Below are positions 1 to 10,910 of a stretch of 64,000 nucleotides of DNA, one piece after another; positions within the stretch are counted from its first letter, which is position 1, and every line of letters begins with the position of its first letter. The DNA lies in NCBI RefSeq assembly GCF_006345805.1, contig NC_043003.1, positions 19,344,001-19,408,000 of the forward strand, given 5' to 3'. The notes below the pieces were generated by a model. The model was not told the DNA's origin, ran no database searches, and saw only the letters and a program-made list of their open reading frames with translations. The DNA is from Octopus sinensis (Eukaryota). The position numbers and the translations under genes were made by a program.

Positions 1-396
1 ATAAATCTGAAAAACAATTTCCGAAAAAGAAGTTAGAACTGAAAAATGACTCCTCCACTCCTTATATTGGTTTTTACAGATTAGTAATATACGATGCTTT
101 AAAACATACACATGCAAAGAAATTACAGTTTTTGGCACGCTACATGCTTTCCGACACTCTGTTGTATAGGAATGCTTCTTTTATTCTTTTACTTGCTTCA
201 CTCATTTGACTGCGGCCATGCTGGAACATCGCCTTTTAGTCGAAGAACTCGATCCCAGGACTTATTCTTTGTAAGCCTGGTACTTATTCTATCGGCCTCT
301 TTTGCCGAAGCGCTAAGTTACGGGGACGTAAACACACCAACAACGGTTGGCAAGTGACGGAGAGGGGACAAACACAGACACAAAGACACACACTCA

Positions 397-434
<38 letters not shown>

Positions 435-438
<4 letters not shown>

Positions 439-2134
439 GTCATTCCATAAGTAAAGCCGCTTTTTTTAATTGCATGTACTAAAAGTCGGAGGGGGACGGG
501 ATAAACTACCTGCATCAACTTTCTATAAAATCAGGTAGTAATTTTACCTTGTCCTTGTTCTTAGTGCAAGTTTCGAAGACTGCAGTTCGATTTCAAGTTA
601 TTTTTTCCAAAGCTATAATGGAAGTGACAAAGGAGCATATTAGGCATATTCTGCTTTATGAATTCAATAAAGGCAACAACACAACAGAAATTGCGAGGAA
701 TGTTAATTCAGTATATGGGCATCGGACAATAAGCGCAAGCCAGTTTCAACTGTGGTTCCAGAAATTCCGAGCCGGAAACTACAGCCTAGAAGGCGAGCCT
801 CGTCCTGGAAGATCTGTAGAGCTCGACGAGTACGTCCTGCAAAGTCTGGTGGAACAAAATCCCATCGTAACTGTTGAGGAACTAGCAGAGAAGATTGGAT
901 TTGGTCATTCAACCAGACATTGAAGTCAATTTCTTTACTAACCATGTGGTTGAGAAAAAGAGGGGACGATACGAGGACAGACAAAGCAAACATTGGGGTC
1001 AGGGTATCGAATGAGACGAAATGTATGAATAAATAAACAATTAAAATATATACAATTAAATGAGAATGAGTGATTTACAAAAAATGAAGCAGAGGACGCG
1101 GTCGACCCCACAAACCACATACTCACACTGAAGACTTTGCTTACTCCATTTTTTTACATTCTCGATTAAACAGGTTCTTTCACTCGCAACATATTTGCTA
1201 TAGACTTCCATCTTTTACGAAACACACTTTGCGACAGGCATTTCTTCTCCAGCCTTATTTTCCGTTTCATGTGAAAAACGAAAAAGTCGATTAGCTCGAA
1301 ACTGGAGATGAACATGCCTGTTGCAATTCCTTTCACTCTCGTCTTCCATACTACCTCTTTCGCAACAGCAACTACCGAAAGAAAACAGGATCGCTACTCC
1401 CTATTCAGAGAGGTCGGCGGAACGATCTTAATTACAGATTCGCTTGACTGTTGTACTCTTCTCGAATGCGACAGCAGGTGTTCGACATAAGCCCAGAGCT
1501 CAGTCACCTTGGGGCATTGCACAATCGCGTGCAGGACAGTTTCACTGTCCTGCTCGCATCTTGCACAAACCGGCGAAGACGCATGTCTAAAGAGCTTATC
1601 TCGAACCGGTAAAGCTCCTCTTTAACATTGCCAGACCATGGACTTTTGGTAATTATCCAAAGAGCGCTAGAATAAAAACGACCATCTTAAGTTTCAGGAT
1701 GAAAGGTGTTATTCCATGAGGATAATGTTTGGCCACATACAGCGAGGATGACATTCCAAACGTTGGAGCAATTCGAATGGGAAACGATACCCACCCACCA
1801 TATTCGCCGCACATTGCCCCATCTGATTAACATTTTGGATCTATTCCATCTCAATTGAGATTGAATAGATCACTTTTATTTCGCACTCTTCAAAATCATT
1901 TAGATGGGAAAATATGAATTCTGTAGACGAGGGCAGAACTGTAGTGGAGAAGTATTTTTCGTCACGAACAAGTGAATTTTGGAAGAGGGGCCTTGCAAGT
2001 CTACCAGATAGATGGAAGAGCATTGTAGAAAATGAACGAGCGTATATTTTAGATTTAAAAAAGAACTTTGCTTACCTTAATTTTGAAAAGTAAAAGAAGC
2101 ATAAAATAACCGCATTATTTATGAAATGACCCTA
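435..2134 (+). mobile_element. Mariner (DD34D, Mos1/SETMAR-like) transposon, dead; interrupted by a LINE fragment with loss of the central transposase
   Basis: Imperfect TIRs TTGGGTCATTCCATAAGTAAAGCCGC (435-) / CCGCATTATTTATGAAATGACCCTA (-2134), embedded in (TA)n. N-terminal HTH HIRHILLYEFNKG...WFQKFRAGNYSLEGEPRPGR (ORF 549-923). C-terminal LFHEDNVWPH...HPPYSPHIAPSD...LFRTLQNHLDG...FWKRGLASLPDRWKSIVEN (~1661-2050) with frameshifts. Confidence 0.93.
929..1662 (-). mobile_element. Tx1/L1-clade LINE, 5'-truncated 3' fragment (ORF2 C-terminal zinc finger + 3' UTR) inserted in the mariner
   Basis: Minus-strand translation LDNYQKSMVWQC*RGALPVRDKLFRHASSPVCARCEQDSETVLHAIVQC...AKEVVWKTR...FRKRWKSIANML (stop ~1166), i.e. 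the CxxC...ETxxH...C zf-RVT motif typical of Tx1/L1 ORF2. Broken by stops, so absent from the ORF track. Confidence 0.8.
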
Positions 2135-2475
2135 TATATATATATATAATATATTTTCTTAAATATTTTAACAAAGCAAGAAAATGGATGAAATTCATGT
2201 TGTCACTATTGTAGCTAAGAATAGACTTTATGTGTGTGTGTGTGTACGCATATATGTATGTATATATATGTATATATATATGCATATATATACATATATA
2301 TTTACAAAATCCACTCATAAGACTTTGGTCGGCCCGAGGCTATAGTTGAAGACACTTGCCCAAGGTGCCAAGCAGTAGGGCTGAACCCTGAGCTATGTGA
2401 TTGGGAAGCAAGCTTCCTACCACACAGCTACGCCTGTGCTTATATTTTTTTCCTTCTTTCTCTTTGGACTTCGCT

Positions 2476-2509
2476 GTTTCTGACGATGAGGTATGCTCGA
2501 AACTTTAAC
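2476..2509 (+). ncRNA. Minimal type I hammerhead ribozyme motif (degenerate stem III) in a Penelope/retrozyme-like repeat
   Basis: GUUU-CUGACGA-U-GAG(GUAUG)CUC-GAAA-CUUU-AAC: both core boxes, stem II and stem I present. GAAACGUU of the 22984 copy is here GAAACUUU. Confidence 0.6.
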
Positions 2510-2626
2510 AACAATCCTCTCCCTTCATCGAGCGTCAAATTAATATATTACTCCTGCACCTCCTTACGTTCGTTTTTTGTTTGTTTGTGTGTGTGTGTGT
2601 GTGTGTGGTTTGTTTATTTGAACTGA

Positions 2627-2673
<47 letters not shown>

Positions 2674-3015
2674 TTTATTTGAACTGAATGTGTGTGTGTG
2701 TGTGTGGTGTGTGTGTGTGGTTTGTTTATTTGAACTGAATGTATGTGTGTGTTAGGCCAATTATAAAGTCACGTACTGGCTCTCTTTCACGTCTCTTATT
2801 AAGTTAACAGCTTAATCAGGTAACAAATTGGTTGTGTGATTAATCAATCGTTCCATCAATCAGTCAGTTAGTAAAGTTGGTCAGAATCCTACCGTTTGCC
2901 GATCGCAATCTCATCATTGACATTCCCTCTACTGCAGGTCTGTCTTTCTGTCTCCTAATTTACGGATTCTGGTATCTATATTTCTAGAGTTCTCAGTGAG
3001 GACGTAAGACAAAAA

Positions 3016-3089
<74 letters not shown>

Positions 3090-4140
3090 GGCGTGCGTGA
3101 CCGTGTATGGATGGTTTGTTTGCATCGGTGTGTGTGAGTGCATATATGGGCATTCACGCTCAATCTGATGTTATTTACTTGTTCCAGAAAAATTTTAGAA
3201 CAATGTTACAGGGCCTTAAAGTTTGGTTATTTTTACCCCAATCAGAGAACATGATTTGGAAGATGGCATTTTCTATGTGATAACTTTTATCAATGAAAGC
3301 AATATATTACGACGAGTTGAAGTTTTAATAAGTTTAAATGAATAAAACCATCTGAAATGGTGGAACAGGAATATATAACGAAAAATTTCTCAATGAATTT
3401 TTTTTTGTGGAAAATTACAAAAAACCCCAAAAAACTCTTCGTTAAAATACCAAAAAGAAAACACACTGTTATTTATACTGCTGTTTGAGATACACTGGAG
3501 TTAGATTTAGGGTTTATGATTTAGAGATAGAATTGGGGTTTAAGGTTAGAGTTAACATTTAGTGTTGACGTTCAGGGGCAATCCGACGAGCGGATGATCT
3601 GGGATTAATCAATTAATAACATATTTTTTATTGAACAAATCAGATTCAGGATGAAAAATTACTTCAATATTTCAAATTTAAAATTTTTCACTTAATTTTG
3701 AAATTTCAAAACCTGTGACAGCAACTGAAAAGATTCAGTCGTTTTTCTGTCAGATAAAATAGTGCAAAGCAAACGTTCGAACATGCATGTAAACAATTTA
3801 AAAAGGAAAAATCTTCAACGAAATATTTTAGCCACAAATTTTAAAAAAACCCCAAAAAACTACGTTATGTTGTAGAAATAGTTCAAATCCTGTAAAGAAT
3901 TACTAATATTTTTTGCAGCAAAAATTCAAAAACGATGTTCAGAGTATATGTACGTTGTGTTGTAAAGCAGACGATAGCTTGGCTCGTTACTATGGAAACA
4001 GGTACCAGTGTGTCTGTGGCTTACGAATGGCTAAAATAAACCCAAATTTGCAAACTTTAAAAGCTATTAACTTTCTGTTTATTAATCTACAGCAAAATGA
4101 ATTTCACTTCTCTAATTAGCATATAAAACTTCATCAATAG

Positions 4141-4550
4141 GGGCAGGAGTGGCTGTGTGGTAAGTAGCTTGCTTACCAACCACATGGTTCTAGATACAGT
4201 CCCACTGCGTGGCACCTTGGGTAAGTGCCTTCTGCTATAGCCTCGGGTCGACCAAAGCCTTGTGAGTGGATTTGGTAGACGGAAACTGAAAGAAGCCCAT
4301 CGTATATATGTATATGTATATATATGTATGTATGTGTGTGTTTGTGTGTCTGTGTTAGTCTCCCCAACATCGCTTGACAACTGATGCTGGTGTGTTTACG
4401 TCCCCATAACTTAGCGGTTCCGCAAAAGAGACTGATAGAATAAGTACTAGGCTTCCAAAGAATAAGTCCTGGGATCGATTTGCTCGACTAAAGGCGGTGC
4501 TCCAGCATGGCCACAGTCAAATGACTGAAACAAGTAAAGGAGTAAAAGAG
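4141..4550 (+). mobile_element. tRNA-derived SINE family A (~410 bp), full-length copy
   Basis: Head with A-box-like TGGCTGTGTGGTAAG and a B-box position (intact GGGTTCAGTCCC in the 26630 copy), core CACCTTGGGCAAGTGTCTT, tail CAAGTAAAAGAGTAAAAGAG. Similar full or partial copies at ~120-390(-), 11980-12360, 22310-22740, 25520-26010, 26630-27017, 42185-42700, 47180-47790, 57385-57600(-), 63600-63970. Confidence 0.9.
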
Positions 4551-5689
4551 TAATACATCTAATTTGAAATCAATCGGAACAAAATTAAAGGAATTGAAAA
4601 GTGAAAGCCAAACAGCAAAGATCCCAACTTAGTTTCCTCATAACTTCCAGAAAAATGGATTTTTTTTTAATGAAATGTTTGTACAAATATAGTTCAGGCG
4701 GTGTAGATTCGATTATACTAGAATTTTTTGTGTAAAAGTTTTTTCTGGTGGAGGGGAGAAGAGTTTTGGACAATTCACTAGCATTGGATTTGTTTCCTCA
4801 TAACTTTCAAAAAGTGGATACTTTTAAATAAAATTTTCTATAAATACCTTTCAGATGGTGTGGATTACGATTAATAAAAAAAAAAATGATGGAAAATAGT
4901 CTTAAATGATGATGATGATGATGATGATGATGATTAAGATCTATATCAAACATAAATAGGGATTCAAAGACTCAAACAGCTCACAGTAAGGTCTTGCCAA
5001 AGTGTCTGGCTATCAAGACAGCTGTTGAGAATATCAAACTCTTGGGACTAAATAATTAGTCCATAAAATTTTCAGGCGAGAAATCTTATTCATTATGTTA
5101 CAGCATAACTATGTATGTGCTTTTATATGTACATATATATTTGCATAAAATGTTTCAGCTCTGCTGATATAACTGGATACACATTATGAAAAAGCTGTCA
5201 ACAAATGGAATATTTCATCTCTCACTTCTCAGAATTTTAGTTATGATATATATCTCGTTGCTATTTTGTTAAACTGTCGTATGTCCAAATTTGGCCAAAT
5301 GCGTTTTTATTTTCAATATTTATGTTTGCTTGCAATAGCTGATTCTTTTGGTCAAACTATCATATCTCCAACTGCTTCAGATGCCAAGATATAAAAAATT
5401 GTTAAAGTGTTGTACAACGGTTTTGCTATAGAATGGTGAAACTATTTTTTCGATTTCTGAAAAATCAACGCTTTGGACTTATGACACTTTTGCATAATAG
5501 CAACAATATATATATATATATCATTTAACCTCTGTTTTCCATACTGGCAAGATTTGGATGATTTGACAAGAGTTGGTAAGGCTGGTGGTGGAGGGTACAT
5601 CAGGCTCCATTGTCAGTTCTGCCATGGTTTTTACAGCTGGATGCCCTCCTTAAAGTCAACCACCTTACAGAGTACACAGGGTGATTTTT

Positions 5690-6170
5690 ACAAGGCATCA
5701 GCACCAGTGCTTTTTATGTGGAACAATCACCAGTGCCTTTTACGTGACACCAGCACCAGTGCTTTTTATGTAGCACTATAACACCAGTGTTTTTACATGG
5801 CACCATTGCCAATGTTTTTTTACATGGCACCATCACCAGTGCCTTTTTACTGGCACCAGCACCAGTGCTTTTCATGTCACATCATCACCACTGCTTTCTA
5901 TGTGGTAGTGTCACCAGTGCTTTTCATGTGACACCAGCACCAGTGCTTTTTAATTAGAAGATCACCAGTGCTTTTTTATGTGATACAAACACCAGTGCTT
6001 CTTATGTGGAACCAGCACCAGTGCTTTTTACATGACACCATCACCAGTACTTTTTATGTGACACCATCACCAGTACTTTTTATGTGACACCATCATCAAT
6101 GCTTTTTATGTGGTACCAGCACCAATGCTTTTTATGTAGCACTAGCACCAGTGCTTTTTACATGGCACCA
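5690..6170. repeat. Minisatellite, ~19-nt unit CACCAGTGCTTTTTATGTG(A/G), inside a diverged RTE-3'UTR-like repeat
   Basis: About 20 degenerate tandem units read directly. The unit resembles the GTGCTTTTTACGTGCCACCGGCAC motif in RTE 3' UTR copies. Confidence 0.8.
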
Positions 6171-6317
6171 GCATTGTTATCAATTCTGCTGTGTAACAAT
6201 ATATATATAATCAAGATTGGAGCCTGGTGCAGCCATTTGATTCACCAGCCCTCAGTCAAAATCGTCTAACCCATGCTAGCATGGAAGGCGGACGTTAAAC
6301 GATGATGATGATGATGA

Positions 6318-6344
<27 letters not shown>

Positions 6345-6357
<13 letters not shown>

Positions 6358-6894
6358 CGTTCTGTGTGTGTGTGTCTTCTAGGATCTTGGGCATCCTCCA
6401 TCTGATTGCGCTCAAATTTGATATGTAGATACCGACGGTATCAGGGCGTGTATGTCTTGAAAAAATTACAAAAATCGATTCCAGGTGAGAATGCGATCAG
6501 TAAAGCCGTTTTTGTCCTGCTTTTTTTCCATCAACTTGTACATAACTGCACCTTCCATTTTTTTTTTGTTTTTGTACTGCTTAAAGGCACGTTTCTTTCC
6601 TGTCAAGCTTACTGTTTAAACCATGTTTGTGTTCTCCCAGTCAACAGCCTTATCATTACTGGTACTTTAAAGTCTTCGGTTGCATATTTGTGTGAATAAA
6701 ATCGTTTTTCTTTGGAATAGAAAAAAAGTCTATCTTTATTTCTTCTTTTGCTGGTGTCTCAAATTTAGGTTAAATCAGTGTTTCTCAAAGGGGAGGCCTA
6801 TGGGACGGTCAGACAAGTTGTTTTGAGAAAATTTGGTTTAAATGTTTGACAACTCAGCACTGTTCATTGGGCGGGGGGGGGGGCGTTTTGCTCG
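6345..6894 (+). mobile_element. Non-autonomous Helitron-like element (family C), copy 1
   Basis: Near-identical to 23102-23482 apart from an internal ~190-bp segment. 5' TATATAAAA..TGTGTG start and a 3' G-rich stretch followed by CTCG|T. Confidence 0.6.
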
Positions 6895-7299
6895 TGTATA
6901 TATATATATGTGACATCTTCTAAGAGATAATTTTAATAAATCAAGAACTTGTATGCTATTTGGTATATGTGCATTTGTCTATGTTGCACATATACATGCT
7001 AATGGACACTGATTTTTGTTGAATTAATGCAATTAACTAAGCCATAAGTATGTCCTTCCCTTTTTGTACACATGTATGTCTCTTGGCTGATGGAGATAGG
7101 GTAGATGATGCTTATTGATGTAGAAACACATGTCCATGGCTTCATGACTGTCTTATGTCTAGACAATAAGACCATTCTAAGAATGAATATCTTGCTTTTA
7201 ATTGGTCAACTTTGTCCCAGTAATTTTGTTGTAGAGTATTCTATAATGTTGTAGGTTAATAGATTTATTCCTGCATCTCTTAATTTGGATTGCTGCATT

Positions 7300-9830
7300 G
7301 GTCCCATATTTTTCCTTTGACATTTTATAGAATATTGAAAAACCATCTAGTTAATTTTTTAATGCAGTTCAAGTTTTATATATTTGTTGTTAACGATACA
7401 CTTTGTCAAAACTTTTTATCTGAAGAATATTAAATAAGACTCTAATAGAAATAAGAAATCAGGGCTTTCAAATTCTCTAAGAATCCAATTGCAGAATTTA
7501 TTGTGATCTCATCCTATGCTTCAGGATTTTCAATGATGTCTCCAAAAAACTATTTCTTTTGTAGTAGTAATGAGATGCAAGGAGCAATTCCATCTTGTTG
7601 CTGTTGTTTTGGGAAATCTTTAGTGCACTGGCTTTTTTGGATGATTTTGTAAAGAAAATAAACTCACTCCATTTATTGCAGAAAGAAAGAGCTGAATTTA
7701 GTACATGAGGGCAACAATGAACAAAGATTGCACATTCATATTTTCACCTCACCTTTCATGGCAACCCATTTAATTATCTTGCTACTGTAGTTGCACCATC
7801 ACAGGTTTGTGAATATAATCTGCTTTCACACTCCCGTGTTACAGTACATTTAGAAGCATGTTCACACAAAATATTTGCTGAACAATCTGCACTAAAACTG
7901 TTAAAACTGATAAATTGTTTGTAAGTAACACAATCTTTTGTAAACATAACACAAAGCAGTTGACAGCTGTGAATAGTTCGATACATCTGAAGTTTCATCT
8001 ACAAGGATAGTTACAAATTTAGCCAGATTAAGTTCGTTTTATATTTCATTCAACATAACCTTTTAAATCATTCTGAATTCTGTCTGAAAGACTTGAGAAA
8101 GCAGGAGCTGTATCTAGTTGGCTTGCTTAGTTTTCATCATACTTACTGATTAAATATGAGTTCTCTGTAATTCCTACAATTATTGGATTCTTCAGATTCA
8201 AAACGATCCTGAAATGATAATTCTTGGTGACCTAAAAAATAACTGCATCAATCATCATAGAATAGCTGTTTCATTTCACTTCTACATTATGCTGCTGTGT
8301 GCTCTGTCTTTTAAGTGCATCAAATAGTAAGTTTATGCAAATATTCCCAAATGTTTTAAGATCTATCAAGAAGTTCATGTTTTAGCATGGTCATATGTAG
8401 ATCATAATCTTTATCACTCCAAAGTTTTTTTTTTTCTAAACTAAATAACAAACATGACCAACAAAACAACTTATCATGCTTGACCAACTTACTGGTAATG
8501 GAAGAATTGGTGACGCGCATCCTCGATGATAGTGATGCTGTTGGCATCATTTTATTGGACTTTGCCAAAGCTTTTGACTCGGTAAACCACCACCTATTAC
8601 TTATCAAGCTTCAAGCATATAGTTTCCATCCGGATATTGTATGATGGGTTGGCGCCTTCCTCTCAGATCGCTCCTTCCAAGTCCAAGTTAATGGTTCGCG
8701 GTCCGACGTCTCCAGTGCGAGCAGTGGCGTGCCTCAAGGTTCAGTGCTTGGGCCCTTATTGTTCTTAGTCTTCATAAATGACTTGCCCGACGACCTCACG
8801 CAACACACCCTTCTATTTGCCGATGATATCAAACTGGTCGCTCCTCGCGGTGATATAGAGGATCTTCGTCGATGCCTCCACCAAATTTGGAGGTGGTCTA
8901 ACGAATGGGACCTGTGTCTGAACGTGTCAAAGTGCTGTCATCTGCCTGTTGGCTCTCCTCCTGCAACTCAACTTGATTTTGATCCGGGTCGTCTGCTGCT
9001 GGAGAGGACCGATCAGGTAAAGGACCTGGGTATCTTGGTGGATTCCTCCTTTTCGCCTTCGGCCCAGTGCGTCCATGCTGCCAACAAAGCACGCGGAATT
9101 CTGTTCTTGATTCGACGGTCGTTCGGAATGCTCACAGCAGCCATATTCCTACCACTCTATGTCACGCTGGTGAGACCCATATTGGAGTACGGGATTCAAG
9201 CCTCTTCTCCTTATCTCCTCAAAGACATACAGCATCTCGAAAGAGTCCAGAAGCTGGCTACCCGCATAGTTCATAGTCTCAAAAATTTGTCCTATGAAGA
9301 AAGGCTGAGGACGCTCGACCTTTATTCTCTTGAAAAACGCCGCCGCCGTGGTGATCTCATTCTCGCCCACAACATCATAAGCGGAAAGTGTAACCTCTCG
9401 AAAGAGCTGTTCTTCACTCCTGCTCCAGAGCGTCGGCTGCGGGGTCATTCCGAAAAGCTTTACCTGCGACGATTTCATCTCAATCGAAGGAGAGGAGCTT
9501 TCTCCGTCCGGGTTGCGGATCCGTGGAACAAGCTGCCAGACGAGATGGTGAAGATGCCAACGACTGCTTTGTTCAAAGCCTCCCTTGACCTCAAGTGGCC
9601 TGAACTCTTTACATGAACACCACCCTGTACTTAACTCCATGTCCCCCTACATGGCCTTGCTATTTGCTTTTGAGCCAAATTAACTAACTAACTAACTAAC
9701 TAACTTATTTAGCTTAGCACTTCCAGTTAACCATCTTTTCTTTCATATAGATTAATCTGAAAATGTCTAAAACATTTTTTGTTGGAACTTCACAAATTAG
9801 TTATTTTGACATTGGTCTGCCATCATTTAT
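7300..9830 (-). pseudogene. Decayed hAT transposase (ZMYM1-like / TTF zinc finger / DUF4371-type), split by a CR1 LINE at 8475-9701
   Basis: Minus-strand pieces RWLTGSAKLNK|LFCWSCLLFS, LGHQELSFQDRFESEESNNCRNYREL, FSSLSDRIQNDL, AKFVTILVDETSDVSNYSQLS, YSQTCDGA, IFVHCCPHVLN, TATRWN. Multiple stops and frameshifts. Outer limits approximate; no TIRs located. Confidence 0.85.
8475..9701 (+). mobile_element. CR1/L2-group LINE, 5'-truncated RT fragment with (TAAC)n tail and 7-bp TSD
   Basis: SCLTNLL...LDFAKAFDSVNH...GVPQGSVLGPLLFLVFINDLP...LFADDIKL...LEKRRRRGDLI...FSVRVADPWNKLP (stop 9616); one internal TGA at ~8644. TSD AACTTAT at 8468-8474 and 9702-9708. Confidence 0.95.
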
Positions 9831-10365
9831 AATTGTTACTCTTCAATTTTATTTATTTTTTGGGGGTGGGTGGGGGAACTACTTAAAGTTCTTCTATAAC
9901 AAATATTTCAATCAGTTGGACTAATATTTTGAAAGCTCAAAATATACTTAAAAAATAAATCCTGCACATGTTTATGTATAGAAGGAATCGAAAGTCAATT
10001 TCAATAAAACAGAAGATAGCCTCAGTAAATCAACAAGGATTAATGATAACAATGAAAAAAATGTAACACTGTATTCTTTTTGCACATTAGATATCAAAAA
10101 GAAAGTAAATCATGGTGTTTACCTTATGATTTGTCACTTTTGACCAACAAAACTTTTGTTATAGTAGTTGAACAAAATTAATCCGATTGACAGAGGATTT
10201 TTGTGAGAGGGGCTAAATTGCTTCTACTTTTAAATGTAATGCTTTTCTATGCTTCATTTGAGATCAAACAGTTATCACGTTTAGTCTATTCAATCACTAA
10301 GTCAATCAATTAGGGCAAAGTGAGAAGCTACAGGCATTTTCAAAATGTCTTTCTATAGTATTTAA

Positions 10366-10910
10366 CCCTTTAGCATTCATTTTACTTTGTGAATTTTGAT
10401 GCTTATTTATTCACATTGTTTTGAATTTGTGGTGTATGAGTGAAATTTGAAATAAGGACACCTACCTTCTCTTCGTCGACGGAGACCTCTGCAGTGGTAA
10501 TGCACCCTTCCACGCAGCCCGACCCAAACACTAGAAATAGCAGCTGCTTTTCCCCTACCTTAGCTACGAGCTCACACATCCGACTAACTCGCCTACCTCG
10601 ATGGAAAAAAAGGCCCAATGCTGCCCTGCCTGCGTGTGCATCACTCCTGCCCCTTCCTCTTTCGGGCAGCCCCAAATTCCAGTCAGTTCCCCAGCTGCTG
10701 ATGTCATCCCACAGAATTCATCATGCTTTGAGAATTCTCATAGTTACAAGATTTCTATAATGTGATTGTTTATTTTTAGAATGACATGGTAGAGTAAGTG
10801 TAAGAGGCAGAATATTTTGGATGGATTTGGTTGGTCGAAATGCTAAAGGGTTTGAACATGAAACAGGTTGAATATTTGGGCTGGATATGACCAGTTTAAA
10901 TGTTAAAGGG
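10366..10910. mobile_element. TTAA-flanked piggyBac-like MITE carrying a solo LTR
   Basis: TTAA|CCCTTTAGCATT ... AATGTTAAAGGG|TTAA. An uninterrupted sister copy lies in reverse orientation at ~21792-22016. Confidence 0.8.
10428..10713. mobile_element. Solo LTR (286 bp) of an LTR retrotransposon
   Basis: GC-rich island starting TGTGG and ending CCACA, flanked by a 5-bp direct repeat GAATT (10423-10427, 10714-10718). The empty site GTTTTGAATTAATCA is seen in the sister MITE at ~21960. Confidence 0.7.

Noticed and set aside
2605-2750. Three direct repeats of GTTTGTTTATTTGAACTGAATG with spacers, superficially CRISPR-like
   Set aside because: Spacers are pure (GT)n of variable length, there are no cas genes and the context is eukaryotic; it is a compound microsatellite duplication.
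3495-3570. Degenerate TTAGGG-like run
   Set aside because: Too degenerate and short to call an interstitial telomere; probably part of a decayed repeat.
3919-5278. Possible plus-strand exons 3919-4001 and 5159-5278 with plausible splice signals
   Set aside because: No phase combination gives a sustained ORF or recognisable protein; could be non-coding exons, but this is unsupported without RNA data.
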